DNA of 42,065 bases from Toensbergia leucococca (taxonomy: Eukaryota), in NCBI GenBank assembly GCA_022813965.1, contig JALDZS010000197.1, positions 1 to 42,065 on the forward strand, in the 5' to 3' direction. Both the position numbers and the translations under genes were made by a program. Below the pieces are notes generated by a model. It worked only from the letters and a program-made list of their open reading frames with translations. It made no database searches and was not told the DNA's origin. Shown here one piece after another: positions 1 to 11,174 of this stretch; positions within the stretch are counted from its first letter, which is position 1, and the number at the start of each line of letters is the position of its first letter.

Positions 1-297
1 GGTTAACGCTCAAGGTGGACATTATGGCAACGCACTACAGGCGGCGTCATCTGGAGGCTATGAGAAAGTAGTGCAGATGCTGCTGGAGAAGGGCGCTGAG
101 GTTAACGCTCAAGGTGGACTTTATGGCAACGCACTGCAGGCGGCGTCACTTGGAGGTCATGAGAAAGTAGTGCAGATGCTGCTGGAGAAGGGCGCCAAGA
201 TCAATGCTCAAGGTGGACTTTATGGCAACGCACTGCAGGCGGCGTCATCTGGAGGCTATGAGAAAGTAGTGCAGATGCTGCTGGAGAAGGGCGCCGG
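1..297 (+). repeat. Three near-identical 99-bp tandem repeats (ankyrin units)
   Basis: Units begin at 1, 100 and 199 (ggttaacgctcaaggtggac.../gatcaatgctcaaggtggac...) and differ at only a few positions. Confidence 0.95.
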
Positions 298-349
298 GAT
301 CGTTGACCTCGGCGATGAGCAACCTGGTAGTAACTCGTCGGAAAGTTAG
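2..349 (+). CDS. 3' end of an ankyrin-repeat protein (probably a NACHT/NB-ARC-ANK fungal NLR); 5' part lies outside the window
   Basis: Open frame from base 2 reads VNAQGG(H/L)YGNALQAAS(S/L)GG(Y/H)EKVVQMLLEKGA three times; stop TAG at 347-349. This repeat consensus is typical of fungal NLR ankyrin arrays. Confidence 0.9.
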   Translation, partial: VNAQGGHYGNALQAASSGGYEKVVQMLLEKGAEVNAQGGLYGNALQAASLGGHEKVVQMLLEKGAKINAQGGLYGNALQAASSGGYEKVVQMLLEKGAGIVDLGDEQPGSNSSES

Positions 350-509
350 GCCAGCTGAAAGAGGCAATAAAGAAGATGAGGGAAGTGCTGGAGAAGGACA
401 CACATCTGGGGGAGGAAACCATCCTGATACGGTCTTGGCTATAAGAGATCTGGCAAGTTTCGTCATCAAAAACAAAAAAAACTTGGAGGCGCTACATTTG
501 TTAATATAG
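298..509 (+). pseudogene. Frameshifted remnant of kinesin-light-chain-type TPR repeats
   Basis: Joining frames gives LTSAMSNLVVTRRK / LGQLKEAIKKMREVLEKDTHLGEE / HPDTVLAIRDLASF, which matches the fungal NLR TPR pattern (SAMxNLA...GQLxEA...EVLEKR..ILGEEHPDT). Two frameshifts are needed. Confidence 0.7.
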
Positions 510-2569
510 GCAACTAAGAAATTTAGGCGCCAAGTGTTGGCAACGCGGGCTGAACACAACGAGGCTAAGTGAAAGGGGCCTTTCCCAATCAAGGGTGACG
601 CTGAATCCGGCTCCTGACACCGGCTAGCAGTTTACGATGAGTATATGCTTTCTAGAGTTGGGAAGGCCAATATTATTTGGCTGGCATTCTCAGCCACCAG
701 ATCCCCACGTGACTCACCAAGAAATACCAAGCTTACTCTATGTGATGTTGAATCCAACGCACCATGAAGAATAGCAACATCCACCCCGAAATCCCCCAAA
801 CTTTCCATGCACGAGCTCCTTTGGGTTTGCATCGGACCTTGACTGACACTCTTGTGTCCTCCGACTACAGTCCTTTCTAACGCCCACATTCCTCCCATTC
901 CTCTGCGCAAGCCAGGAGGTAGCAAAGAGCATCACCATGGGTATGGAGCAGAGATCCAGAACCAGACATCTCGGTGCTCGGTTGCCGAGGTTACGTTTCA
1001 CGATTTGGGGCGCAAGAAGGATGGGTCGGCACTTGGTAAGAGTCCTGAAAAGAAACCTGGCCATTCTACGATACGGCGAAGAGCAGGTTGGTTGTGAGGA
1101 GAGTAAGAGTAAAGGGGCAACGGTAATAGCTAACAGGTCATTAGCTGGAGATATTGCAGGTACGCAGAGATGCGCTAGCGCTACAGGCGCATAAGGCTCC
1201 CACTGTAGCCGCGAAGAAATAGAACGGCACAGAATGCAATGATTTACCTCTTGTACAAATCTTTATGAGCTCTGCTTCAGTGATACAAGCGAGGTGTATC
1301 ACGCAGGACCACATTTGGTCATGTATTGGAGCATTTTCGAAGGGCACGCGTACAGAGATCGCAATTGGCGACGCGTAAAACCGCGTCCGTCATAAATTTG
1401 CAGTACAATGGCCTTCAAGCTTAGAGAAATGGCCCAATATTATGAAATTATACTTCGCTAGTCGGTCGATACTATAGATGGAGAACGCGGAAGCTTGAAC
1501 GTGAGGTACCTGGTCTCAGTTTCACCACGCCGGGATGGGGCTGTGTAGAGAGTGCTCTCCGAGTCGGACCATCAAGTAAGATAACCGGTAAATATTACGA
1601 AGGCCATACAGAGCCGTTTTGTACTAGCCAGGATCGGCAATTGCCTTTGATCGGAGGTACCGACTGGGGTGGCGACCTTGTATGAATTTGCGCGCGATAG
1701 TAGGCACAACGCTGATGATGAGTTCTTATCATTGTAACCAGGCTCTAAGCCTCGGGTAAGACCCTTGCGTTTGTATAGTAGGCAGTAAAGACGTCATGGT
1801 GGTACAGTAGCAAATAGAAATTGTTTCGCCATGAAAGAAGACCCTGAGCAAAGCAGGCGAGGGACAGGCAGATGTGAACTAACGATGATAAGCTAACGAG
1901 GTAGGTAGTTGAGAGGCTAGCTAATTATTGATAGTTAACAGGAAGTAGAGATGAGAAAGTGACTCATAGAATGTTGGCAACAGCGCAGACGTTATTAACG
2001 TACAAGTGTCAATTAAAATGTGCGTAAAATGGTAGTCGTTGGTTGCATCGCTGACGGACTAGTAGCTAGTGCCACAGTCCTAGACTCTCAACAACGCTTG
2101 TGCCGTTAAATTCGCGGATGAGGGTCGCTAGGGACATCCCACATTCAAAAGTTCCTAGGGATAACTGGGAAAGAGAATGACAATAGATTCGTGGAAAATA
2201 ATTCAAGATCAGGAATCTCTCTTTCTTAATCACATGACATCTTTTGCTGTCAAATTTCATAGTTTCTTTGGCACTGACGACTTGCATCGGCGACCTCATA
2301 TAGGGACCACTTGGGATGATGTCGCCAAAGTTCAAGGTGGGAATGAGGTGGAGATGATGGGATGAGTGACACGGATGGTATCATCTCTAATGAACTGCCA
2401 GCATAGCCCTCAGACATTGAAAATACCCAAATGGTGCGCCACCACCTCAATCACAATCACAACATGTCCCGACTTATCAAAACTTTTAGTACGGTCCCGA
2501 AAGAGATGTTTCGTTTGAATAATGAGGGACCTCAGTCACCTTATGGGTATAAAAAGAGATAATCAATGG

Positions 2570-4270
2570 TTCCGACCCTTATCTGTATGTGCAGGTGTTA
2601 TTTACCTCCTCACTGCGCCTGGCGTTTGGCCTCAAACTCTCACCCAAGTTCGTGTGCATTTCCTAAATCGCATTCGAGCAGCCATAATCTGTTCCAGCAC
2701 ACCTTGTATTCATTACCTCTTTTGTCTCTTGCCAACGATCCTTACGATCTCCCACTCCTCTTCATCCAATGCTAAATCTCTTTGGTCTTGAGGTTGCTCG
2801 GGAAGAGATAGGTGAAGATAATGGCGTGAAGGGAATAGATGGTTGCTGCTGCTTCGTGATCACCTCCACGGATAGCCTGCTCAACTGGGTCACGATATAG
2901 TGCGATACTGGGAGAGATGGGGCGATTACCGGAGGAGAGAGTAGGTTTGATAATAGGTTCGGTGGTAGGAGGACTCAAGCAACCGTGTGTCTTTGGCTGT
3001 TCCCTTAGGTGGGGGCTTTGGAGGGGGATAGCACTAATCTCAGACTCCATGCTGGTGGGACCGCCAATTTTGCCAGTCTTTTCTTCGTCATCCTCCACCA
3101 CAATAGGGTCATCTGAAATATGTCAAAAGAAATCCTGGGTGCTGGTCAAAAATGCATTGGGGAGGCACACCTTGACTGTCACCAACTTCACTGGATCGAC
3201 TTGAGCTTGTTGTTTTCTCGCGTTGCTGAAAGTTTCCTAGAGAGGAAGGCCGTTTGAAGATAGGCTTAGGTTGCGATCGGATTCGTGCAAACTCAAGGTC
3301 GCTCAGATCATCGTCGGCATCATCTGTCTCATCGATCACGACTGGGTCTTTCTAGAATTATTGAATGCACCTACAGGCACTAGGACTTGCGAACTGACCT
3401 GCACGTCGGGCCTTCTCCAACCTGTACACACCTTCCCCACCCTCGTTCAAACCTGCACTGTCTGCTGTGCGCTTGGAGGAATCTCGAACGTTGGTGGCGC
3501 CCGTCGCTGTCACAGGCTCGACCTCCGTAAGGCGTGTTGGGCTCCACATCGACGGCGAGCCAGCTCGATCTGCTACTGATCCTACAGTGTTTCTTTGGAG
3601 CGGAGATTGTTATGAAACTAGTGATGGTTTAGGATTTGGTGACGTTAGGGGTGATTGGAGAGAGTATGGGATGATGTTGTCTGTACTGCAGTTCACTCCT
3701 TTACCCCTTTGCTCTTTTCCCACACCGGAATGATGAGGCTCGATATTTTTGAAGTAGACTTGTGTATCATGTGTTGACGAGAGGAGGGTAGTAGGTATTG
3801 GAGGAGGATCAGAGATGGAATATCTAGATAGACATCATCTGTCAGTACTAACATTTACGAGCGGAGGTTTCAGGGGTCGTACCCATCTTCTGAGCATGCC
3901 ATAGAAGTCGGTAGGGTACTGAGGGAACAGTGCCTCTCGTCTTGCTCCTCAGAAGTCGAGCTGTCGCTTCTGAGGTGGACGCTGCTTCCGCTGTCGATAT
4001 TCGCACCCTTGTCTCCACCTAGTCATAAGTCTGCTCGTTGCGACTCTTGTGCTCCTCCAATACTGAGCAGCAGTTCCTTAACGGATGGATAGCTTTCGTC
4101 TTCTTCTCCACCGCCTCCACCGTGGTCGCTAATGGGATCAGGTCCGTTCGAGGGACCTGGAGCCAGCTTGTAGTCGTTGAGTCGTTGACCCCATCCGCCA
4201 CTGCGTCCAAAAACTATAGGAGCATTCCTCACTTCACAGACAACGAAAGAACCACCAATCGATGCCATCG
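2570..4270 (-). pseudogene. Degraded gene: long disordered N-terminus and C-terminal chromodomain
   Basis: Minus strand 2769 to ~2600 reads LDEEEWEIVRIVGKRQ / RGNEYKVCWNRLWLLECDLGNAHELG*EFEAKRQAQ*GGK, homologous to the chromodomain at 7970-8175. Upstream are low-complexity acidic ORF pieces (EEDESYPSVKELL; IDETDDADDDLSDLE) broken by stops and frameshifts. The 5' limit is uncertain. Confidence 0.7.
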
Positions 4271-4354
4271 ATGATCTTTTGCCAGCCAAATCGGCTTTAG
4301 TGGGGCCTTGGTACAATCGAATGGAATCCAAGTCGATCAAGGGCACTGTATATC

Positions 4355-5434
4355 TCAAATGCGGATAAAGGAGCTGTGTAAAGAGTTTAAAGTCGAAGGT
4401 CCAAGACGTTCAGAACGGGGCGAGACGAGGATTATATGTGCTTCTAACGGATTTGCTGAGGACCACCAGATTCGCATATCCTTCATCTCAGCACCTCTCT
4501 TCTCCAAATCGTCGATCTCCGGCCATCGCCGCTCAACCGCCAGACCTAGCACACTCAATCCCTGTTCATCTGTCTCACATCCTGCGGCACGCGCTGGCAT
4601 ACCTCTCCGCCATTGGAGCATCGTATTTGATCCACATTCCAGAGGCTGAGTTTTCGCTAAGCCCCTCGGGAATGTCTATGGGTTGTGTCTCATCAGCTGC
4701 TGCGGCTTGGATCTTTGAGCTGAGCCATCTGGGCCGTCGCGAATCCGCCTTGCTGGATGCCTCGTAGGACTCTTGACAGCACCCTTGTAGTGCGAATCTT
4801 CCTACATCTATTACTGATGGCTGCTGATCCACCAGTTATATGTGGTCCATTGTCAGTGTGGTAGACCATCATATTTGTAAAGCTCGAGACCTGTTGCTGC
4901 AACTGGCGCAGGTGATGGGTGCTCGGGAAAACGACACATTAAAAGCTTCACACTTGCAGGAGGCCTGTCCCTGATCCAGGTATTGCTAGGCGGTGCAAAC
5001 TCAGAGTCCTTTCCATTGAGCCACTGCCACGTTAGCGACAGGCTAATGTCTGGGAATCCACCTGAGCTGAACTCCGCGAGGATGCCTAATTACCGCCCTT
5101 CAGATCCATGCAGGAGTCGTCATCACTGGCAATGGCGAAACGCCGTCTTTTCAAGGTGCGGGGCAGTGCACATGCACATTCACTCCACCAAATCAGCAGC
5201 GACTGATGCCTGAAACCCAACTGAACTATACTCGACGAAGATACCCTGCCGCCAGATCCATGCAGGAAACATCCCCCGACCACTAGCAGCGTTGGCTCAT
5301 GCTTTCACCTGCGGCGCAGTAAAGGAATTGCCCTGGTACTCTGTGAGGCATTTATCTGATTGCTCCTGCGGCGCCCGTGCAGAATGCTTTGGAGCGAATC
5401 CACTTTGCTGGGCTCCTATTGCGGCTATTGCCAT
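4355..5434 (-). pseudogene. Degraded hypothetical protein gene with an internal duplicated segment
   Basis: Protein-like fragments alternate between frames (YQGNSFTAPQVKA; FPAWIWRQGIFVEYSSVGF; AAADETQPIDIPEGL...WIKYDAPMAERYASAC; GLSVLGLAVERRWPEIDDLE...IWWSSANPL). CAGATCCATGCAGGA is duplicated at 5101 and 5253. Family not recognised. Confidence 0.45.
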
Positions 5435-6105
5435 GACTGACAGCCCGTACACACAAGCTGAGGCAGACTCCAATGCTGCTACAGCGAATGTGGTAAGGCC
5501 AGCTGCAATGAACCAGGAAACGTTGAGGAATAGGACGAAACTCGGGAAGATTAGGTGATTTGAGAGTAAGGAGGGACTAGGGGTTGAAAGGTGAGGATTC
5601 AATGGGCTGAGGGGAAAAGACGCGTCGTTAATTGGGAGAATAGGGATCAAGTAGGAGGGTTTGTAAAAGATCGAGATCGTCGTAGCCTTTGACGCATCTC
5701 CTAGTTGAAGGTCGAGTTTTCGAACTATGGTAATAAGGACGGTAGAAGAGAAGTGGATAGCTAAGTAAGGCCGACCAGGGCTAGGGGAGGGCAGTCGGAT
5801 GAAGGACAATTCCAAGGGCAAAAGTAAACAAGGAGAGAAAGAAGGAGTTGAGAGTGTTGAGGAAGATGAGAAGAAAGAAGTTTGAGGGAGCGACGTTGAT
5901 AATTAAGTGTTTCTCCCCATCGTCGCCGCTTTTCCATGAAGACAAGGCGCTCAAAGGTAGATCTGGAATGACTCTGCGCCTGGATCTCCACCAGGGCATC
6001 AGTTTGCGCAGTAAGGCACCGCCCACCTGGACGGTGAAAGAGACACATAATAGTTTCTGATAAGAATAGCAATCAGGCAGCGGCTTCCCCTCCCCAGGGG
6101 GCGCA

Positions 6106-6164
6106 ATCACCCAGGATCACCCAGGATCACCCAGCTCGCGCGACGGTCACCCGTATCGCGCGAC
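6106..6164 (+). repeat. Short tandem repeat (ATCACCCAGG)x3 followed by two TCGCGCGAC motifs
   Basis: Directly visible: atcacccagg atcacccagg atcacccagc tcgcgcgac ggtcacccgta tcgcgcgac. Confidence 0.85.
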
Positions 6165-6190
6165 CATAAAGCGGCGCTCACCCTACTCTC

Positions 6191-7231
6191 TACGAGGGGT
6201 GAGGTTGGGGCAGATTTCTGTCACCTTGGCAGCCAGCACACCACCTCGCACAAACCAATGTTTCGCTTTTGGGACCTCGCTGGCCCACACCTACATAGAT
6301 CTCGTATATAGCAATTAGTATACCTCCAGTATTATACATCCATCTTAAAGCAAGCTCCCCTCCCCCCTCGCCGTCGCTATGGCCACCCCAATCGAGGCAT
6401 CAGTCAGGTCCCATATCAAATATGAACTCCACCGAGGCTGGTCGAATGAACAGATCGTAGGGAGACATCGCATCAGTCATCGGACTGTGGAGTGCATGAG
6501 GGCCTTATGGAAGGCCACCGGCGAGGTATATATTGAGAGGAGCCGGGGGAGACGACATCTTAAACTTAGTAAGCTGCATTGCAATATGCTGCTCCAATGT
6601 CTCGAAGACCGTCCCCAAGCATATCTGGACGAGATTGCCTGGTTCCTATACGACGATTATGACTTGGAAGTTGACAAAAGTACGATATGGAGGTCTCTGC
6701 AGAGGATAGGCTGGTCCCAAAAGAGGCCCAAACACCGTGCAGCTCAAGCATCTAATGAACTGCGGAATCATTGGATGATGTATAAGCTCCGTCCGATCAA
6801 TGCTGAACAAATGATCTTCCTCGATGAGAGTGCAGGCTGTGAGCGTACTGGTATGGTTTCTGGTGGAGCACCTGAACTAAGGGGGTAATATCCAGTACTG
6901 ATATAGTATTAGCCAACAGAAAATGGGCCTGGGCACCTATTGGAGCCGTACCAAGGCTGACACACGAATTGAAAAGGCATAAGAGATGGAGCATACTACC
7001 TGCATACTCTATCGACGGCTATATCACCTTTGAGATCCGTCAGGGTTCCTTTACCACCGCTACCTTCCTGGCTTTTGTTCGAAACCACCTCCTTCCGCTG
7101 TGCAATTCCTTCCCAGCCCCCCACTCCGTCATTGTACTGGAAAATGCCAGGATACATCGTCATGCGGAGCTGAAAGAGATGTGTAATGAAGCCGGAGTAC
7201 GTCTGGAGTATTTACCCCCGTATTCGCCTGA
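6191..7231 (+). mobile_element. 3'-truncated IS630/Tc1/mariner-superfamily DNA transposon; transposase 6379-~7231 with intron 6851-6912
   Basis: N-terminal HTH region (YLDEIAWFL...VDKSTIWRSLQRIGWS) and first catalytic D (IFLDES). Removing the GT..AG intron gives CERT-ANRKWAWAPIG...RWSILPAYS. The second-D motif reads IVLENARIH, then YLPPYSPD with no following NPIE. A putative left end TA|CGAGGGGTGAGG lies at 6191; no matching right TIR was found. Confidence 0.88.
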
Positions 7232-7234
7232 CGA

Positions 7235-7450
7235 CACAAGTCCCGAGCGTCAACAGGGACCAAGCCCTCCAGATTCTCACAAATAATTCACGTCTACCTC
7301 AGTCTAGTCCCGGTAATCCTATCCTTCCATAGCAGTTTTCCCAACGTTGAACTCTGACTCATCGATGACCAGATATGGACAGCCCCGCGACAAGATTGGG
7401 AAAGCTTCCATTAGCCATCGTTCAGGCCGGTCGATACATACGTGAGACAC
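7235..7450 (+). pseudogene. Small NB-ARC (NLR) gene fragment
   Basis: Reads VNRDQALQILTNNSRLPQSSP, a probable intron (gtaatcc...ccag), then DMDSPATRLGKLPLAIVQAGRYIRET. LGxLPLAIxQAGxYI is the GLPL motif of fungal NB-ARC domains. Confidence 0.7.
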
Positions 7451-8175
7451 TTCCATTTCATGACTTGGATGCTAACGAAATTTTTGTCAACTTAGAACTG
7501 CCAGACTCTTTCAGAAGAACAAACATTCTACCTCAAAGATGCCTCCACTGCACTATAATGCTATCGCCTCTAAGTACGATGAACCAGTGTGCGAGTCCGA
7601 AGGTGGAAATCATAAGAGCCTTACACCTAATCTCTCAGCCGATGATGACAAAAGAGATCAACAAGATAACGAGGTAGAGATGGCCAATGAGGAGGAGAGA
7701 TTTAGCGGTGATAGAGATCGGGATACTCCACCTTTGCCATACTCTACAAAAGTGCGGCCTTTGTCTACTGCGGGAGAGAAGGCTCATATGAAGCGTCCTA
7801 TCAAACGTCGTCACCTTTCGTCCGCTCCTCTCAAAATCCCAAGCGCCGCCACGAACAGACTTGTACGATGGATGCGGAATAGCGAGCCTCAGTACCGGCT
7901 CCCTTAACAGTGTTGCCAACACTCCGTGTCCTCTAGAGCCATCTCAGGGTCAGGCATATCCAACGCATGAAGATGAAGAGTGGGAGATCGTTAGGATACT
8001 TAGGAAGAGGCAGATTGGAAGGAGCTACGAATATAGAATACAATGGAGGAATACTTGGCTGCCGAAAAGCGCATTAGGAAATGCGCAGGCGTTGTTGAAG
8101 GACTTTGAGGCCAAGAGCCAAGCCAAGCGCGGACGCGGACGGGGAAGAGGGGCTCGCATGGATGAAGGGCAGTAA
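7450..8175 (+). pseudogene. 5'-truncated, frameshifted chromodomain protein gene with a C-terminal RG/AT-hook-like tail
   Basis: Disordered ORF 7539-7907 overlaps ORF 7861-8175, which ends EDEEWEIVRILRKRQIGRSYEYRIQWRNTWLPKSALGNAQALLKDFEAKSQAKRGRGRGRG (chromo-like fold plus basic RG tail). Confidence 0.75.
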
Positions 8176-9032
8176 GCATAGGTGTTTAATTTAGTTGAAG
8201 ACACTGATTAGGGTTGAATTCTGTTTAATATCACTTCTCCTAATTTTAAGGATCTACTGTCGCATGCAATACCTGGTGATGGACCAGATGGCACTCCTGG
8301 TTGGCAAAGGCGTCGTTAGGGTCCATTCTGGGGCACGGAAAGCTTTTGTTGACGTGGGATGTCTACTTTCTCGGCAAGGGCGCTTTTCGAAGCTCACCAG
8401 TCGTTGATCCTAGTCCAAGCAGGTGTGTTAGACCACTTGAACCTGTACAATACATACTCTGGCTGCTGGATGCACAGGTTATACGCCCCATCTCGCGATG
8501 TGAGGACCAAGACCATCGGGGTACAGTCTCCTACCTCGAGAAGACCCAATAAAATACCAGATCAAGTCAAATTAAACGCTAAACTAGACCACTAACACAC
8601 GTGAAACACTTTCCAACCAATAAAAGCCCGCTGCGCACACCAGGGTGCATCAAGGTTGGGCACACCGGCGGCGCTAGTGCCTAGGTGCTGGCACATTGCA
8701 ATATACCAAGGTCCCATACACAAAGGTGGGCACATAGACACCCTATCCAATATTAGAGAGATAGGGTATCGCAGCCATCCCACTCCGTGTACAAGCTCTG
8801 TAAAGAAGTTCCACCAACACTCCGTGCCCGACTCGCAAAGCCTTGCTTACACATTGATTGTGCTCCCTCTGCGCTCACCGCAAAGGTTCGTTGCCGTCTT
8901 ACCAGGAAAAATCGTGGTCTTTGGTCGCAAAGACGGTTGAAAACTTTACGGATTTAGGAAAGCAGACTTGCTCGTACATTGGAAGATCCCCATTTAATTA
9001 CGTTTCGTGTCATCTAGGAGCCTACCACCATT

Positions 9033-9422
9033 ATGCCAAAACTACATGTTGCTATGTACAGGCCCGCAGTCGGTAATTATGAACACTGGGCACTATACTT
9101 TGAGAACCGGTCGGAGCATAAGATCTACGAAGTTACCGGCGAACATCCTCACTTCAAGCCTAATGTCATCCCTGGTAAACCAACATCCACGAACCGCCAC
9201 AGAAGAACAATCTTTGTTTCTGATATTAATGAAACTGATATTCCGGAGTTCGAAAAGGCGATCTCTGCAGTGAAACCACAAAATTCTATTTCACATTGGA
9301 ATTGTCAAGACTACGTGATCGAGGTCCTCGAGAAGCTCGAAGAAGAGTGTGTTGTCGATGAGGATAATAAAGCGTACATCAGCGCTAAGAAGCAAGTCAA
9401 GAAACATTATGGACCGCTTTGA
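9033..9422 (+). CDS. Small DUF6540-like protein (permuted papain/NlpC-P60-like: H-W-A-L ... N-C-Q-D-Y)
   Basis: Intact 129-aa ORF with YEHWALYF, IYEVTGEH and WNCQDYVIEVLEKL. His before Cys is the order seen in permuted papain-like folds. Confidence 0.75.
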   Translation: MPKLHVAMYRPAVGNYEHWALYFENRSEHKIYEVTGEHPHFKPNVIPGKPTSTNRHRRTIFVSDINETDIPEFEKAISAVKPQNSISHWNCQDYVIEVLEKLEEECVVDEDNKAYISAKKQVKKHYGPL

Positions 9423-9951
9423 GCAAGCCCAAGATTGAGATAACATAGAGGTCAGCTTGTGATCACTGTTGGGCAAGAATTAGCAGATGATTCTGACCCC
9501 GTGTTGTAGGTAATGGAAGCCAAATATCAATCCTGGCAGTGGTTATGGTGTGTGATCATAACACACAAGTAGCTTATGTAGAAGATTTAAGGACGACACA
9601 GGAATAGTTGGAAGAGAACAGTAACGGATATAAATGGGGGTCATACTAGGGAGATTATCGATTAGACTGTATGTTATCATGACCCATTCTATCCAATCGA
9701 TCGACAGAGTGGAGACGTACACTCAAGACGAGCCAACTAGATCTTAGTCTGAAAGTCTTCGTCATAACGGATATTGCCAAGATGGGGCTGAGCTTTGGCA
9801 AGTAAGCCTCTCCCGCTAATCGTAGTACCTGACTAAGCGAGATAAGTGTTCGCTTAGTCAGCCATGTGACTCCTTCCCCGCGCATTCTCATGTTCGCAGA
9901 TAAATTCAGTTGGTTTCTTGACACTTAGCTGCACTTCATTCAAAATCCAAA

Positions 9952-11174
9952 ATGAAAGGGGTGGGGGCGGACGAAGAGACTGGTTCGCAGCGTTGCCCGT
10001 CTGCAGCTGCCAATTTTAATGCTAAGGTCCTCCGAAAGCTACAGAAAGCATTTACGGACAACCCCGACGCCAATCTGCTTTCCGTATTCCCAACAGAGTA
10101 TTCTCTGCGCCTAGGCACACTGAAGAAGCAGAAAGCTGGTAAGTGCATTTATCTTATATTTTATCTGGACTGATGAAAGTATCAGTCAGCGTCACCGCAA
10201 CTGTGGCTACGATGAACACTCCTGCAGAACGACACTCCTCAGCCAACTACCGCACGAGCGAATTGACGTCGTCTATTGGCGCAACAACGGTAGTCTTCCC
10301 TTTGTCAGAGTCTGTTCAACATCTTCTGGGAGTCCATACCCACGACATCAGCACCCTACAGCCTCAATCTTTGTCAACCAACCTCCGCGATATCATCGAG
10401 TCCGGCCAAGTTATCTGGCAATCCAAAGCATGCTGCGGCCATGCAGTCATTAAATGCACTACAAGCATCGTCGTCAAGATCGTCCCCAACCTCGACGACT
10501 ACACAGAGTATACCAGCATGCAATACCTTGCGCAACACGCTCCGGAAATCCCAGCACCAAAGCCTCTGGGCTCCGTAATTTCGAACGGGACGTCCTACAT
10601 CTTTATGTCCTTCGTTCCCGGCGTCACTGTCGACAAGATATGGTCGAAGCTCTCCGAAGAACAAAAGGCCTCCATCAGGGATCAGCTCAGCAACATACTA
10701 CTTAAGCTAAGGCAATTAAAAGTGCCCCGCGGTATTTTTCTCGGTGGTGTATCTGGCGAAGGATGTAAAGATACCAGACGCCATACTAGGATATGTCAAG
10801 CACCGATCAGCACCTGTGCAGAGTTCGAGGATTTCAAGTTCTCCAACCCACATTTTGGGAGCTCCGAATATATTGCTCTCCTGCGTGGCCTTTCAACGAG
10901 CCACGCGGCTACTGTTTGTTTCTCGCACGGAGACCTCCGAGCAGAAAATGTTGTGGTTCAGCCTGATCAGCATGGCAATTACTTCGTCACCGGCGTCCTC
11001 GACTGGGAGAAGAGTGGATTCTATCCAGACTACTTCGAATGCACTAAGGCAACCAGCAACATGTCTAGCTCGGAAGTGGATGATTGGTATCTATATCTAC
11101 CCCCCTACGCCTCGCCAAAGACCTATCCTTTGCAGTGGCTAGTGGATCGTATTTGGGATATTCATGTAGCTTGA
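9952..11174 (+). CDS. APH/choline-kinase-like phosphotransferase; intron 10139-10185
   Basis: Exon 1 from ATG 9952 splices in frame (gtaagt...ctgat...cag) to ORF 10143-11174. Motifs: IVVK, EYTSMQYL..IPAPK, FSHGDLRAENVVV, GVLDWEKSGFYPDYFE. Confidence 0.92.

Noticed and set aside
600..1830. Possible decayed membrane O-acyltransferase (Acyl_transf_3-like) on the minus strand
   Set aside because: Only faint hints (ALYGLR, RRQLRSLY, LVHG) scattered across frames; not supportable without an HMM search.
5297..6110. Hydrophobic 174-aa and neighbouring ORFs
   Set aside because: Mostly translation of a pyrimidine-rich 5' UTR/promoter; only the last ~45 codons plausibly belong to the decayed gene.
8250..8420. 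Kinase-like fragment (KAFRAPEW...AIWS) on the minus strand
   Set aside because: Too short, with no other kinase motifs; could be chance.
8739..8767. Inverted repeat ACCCTATC...GATAGGGT and nearby GGCACA repeats
   Set aside because: The 8-bp stem and 6-mers are within chance expectation for 42 kb.
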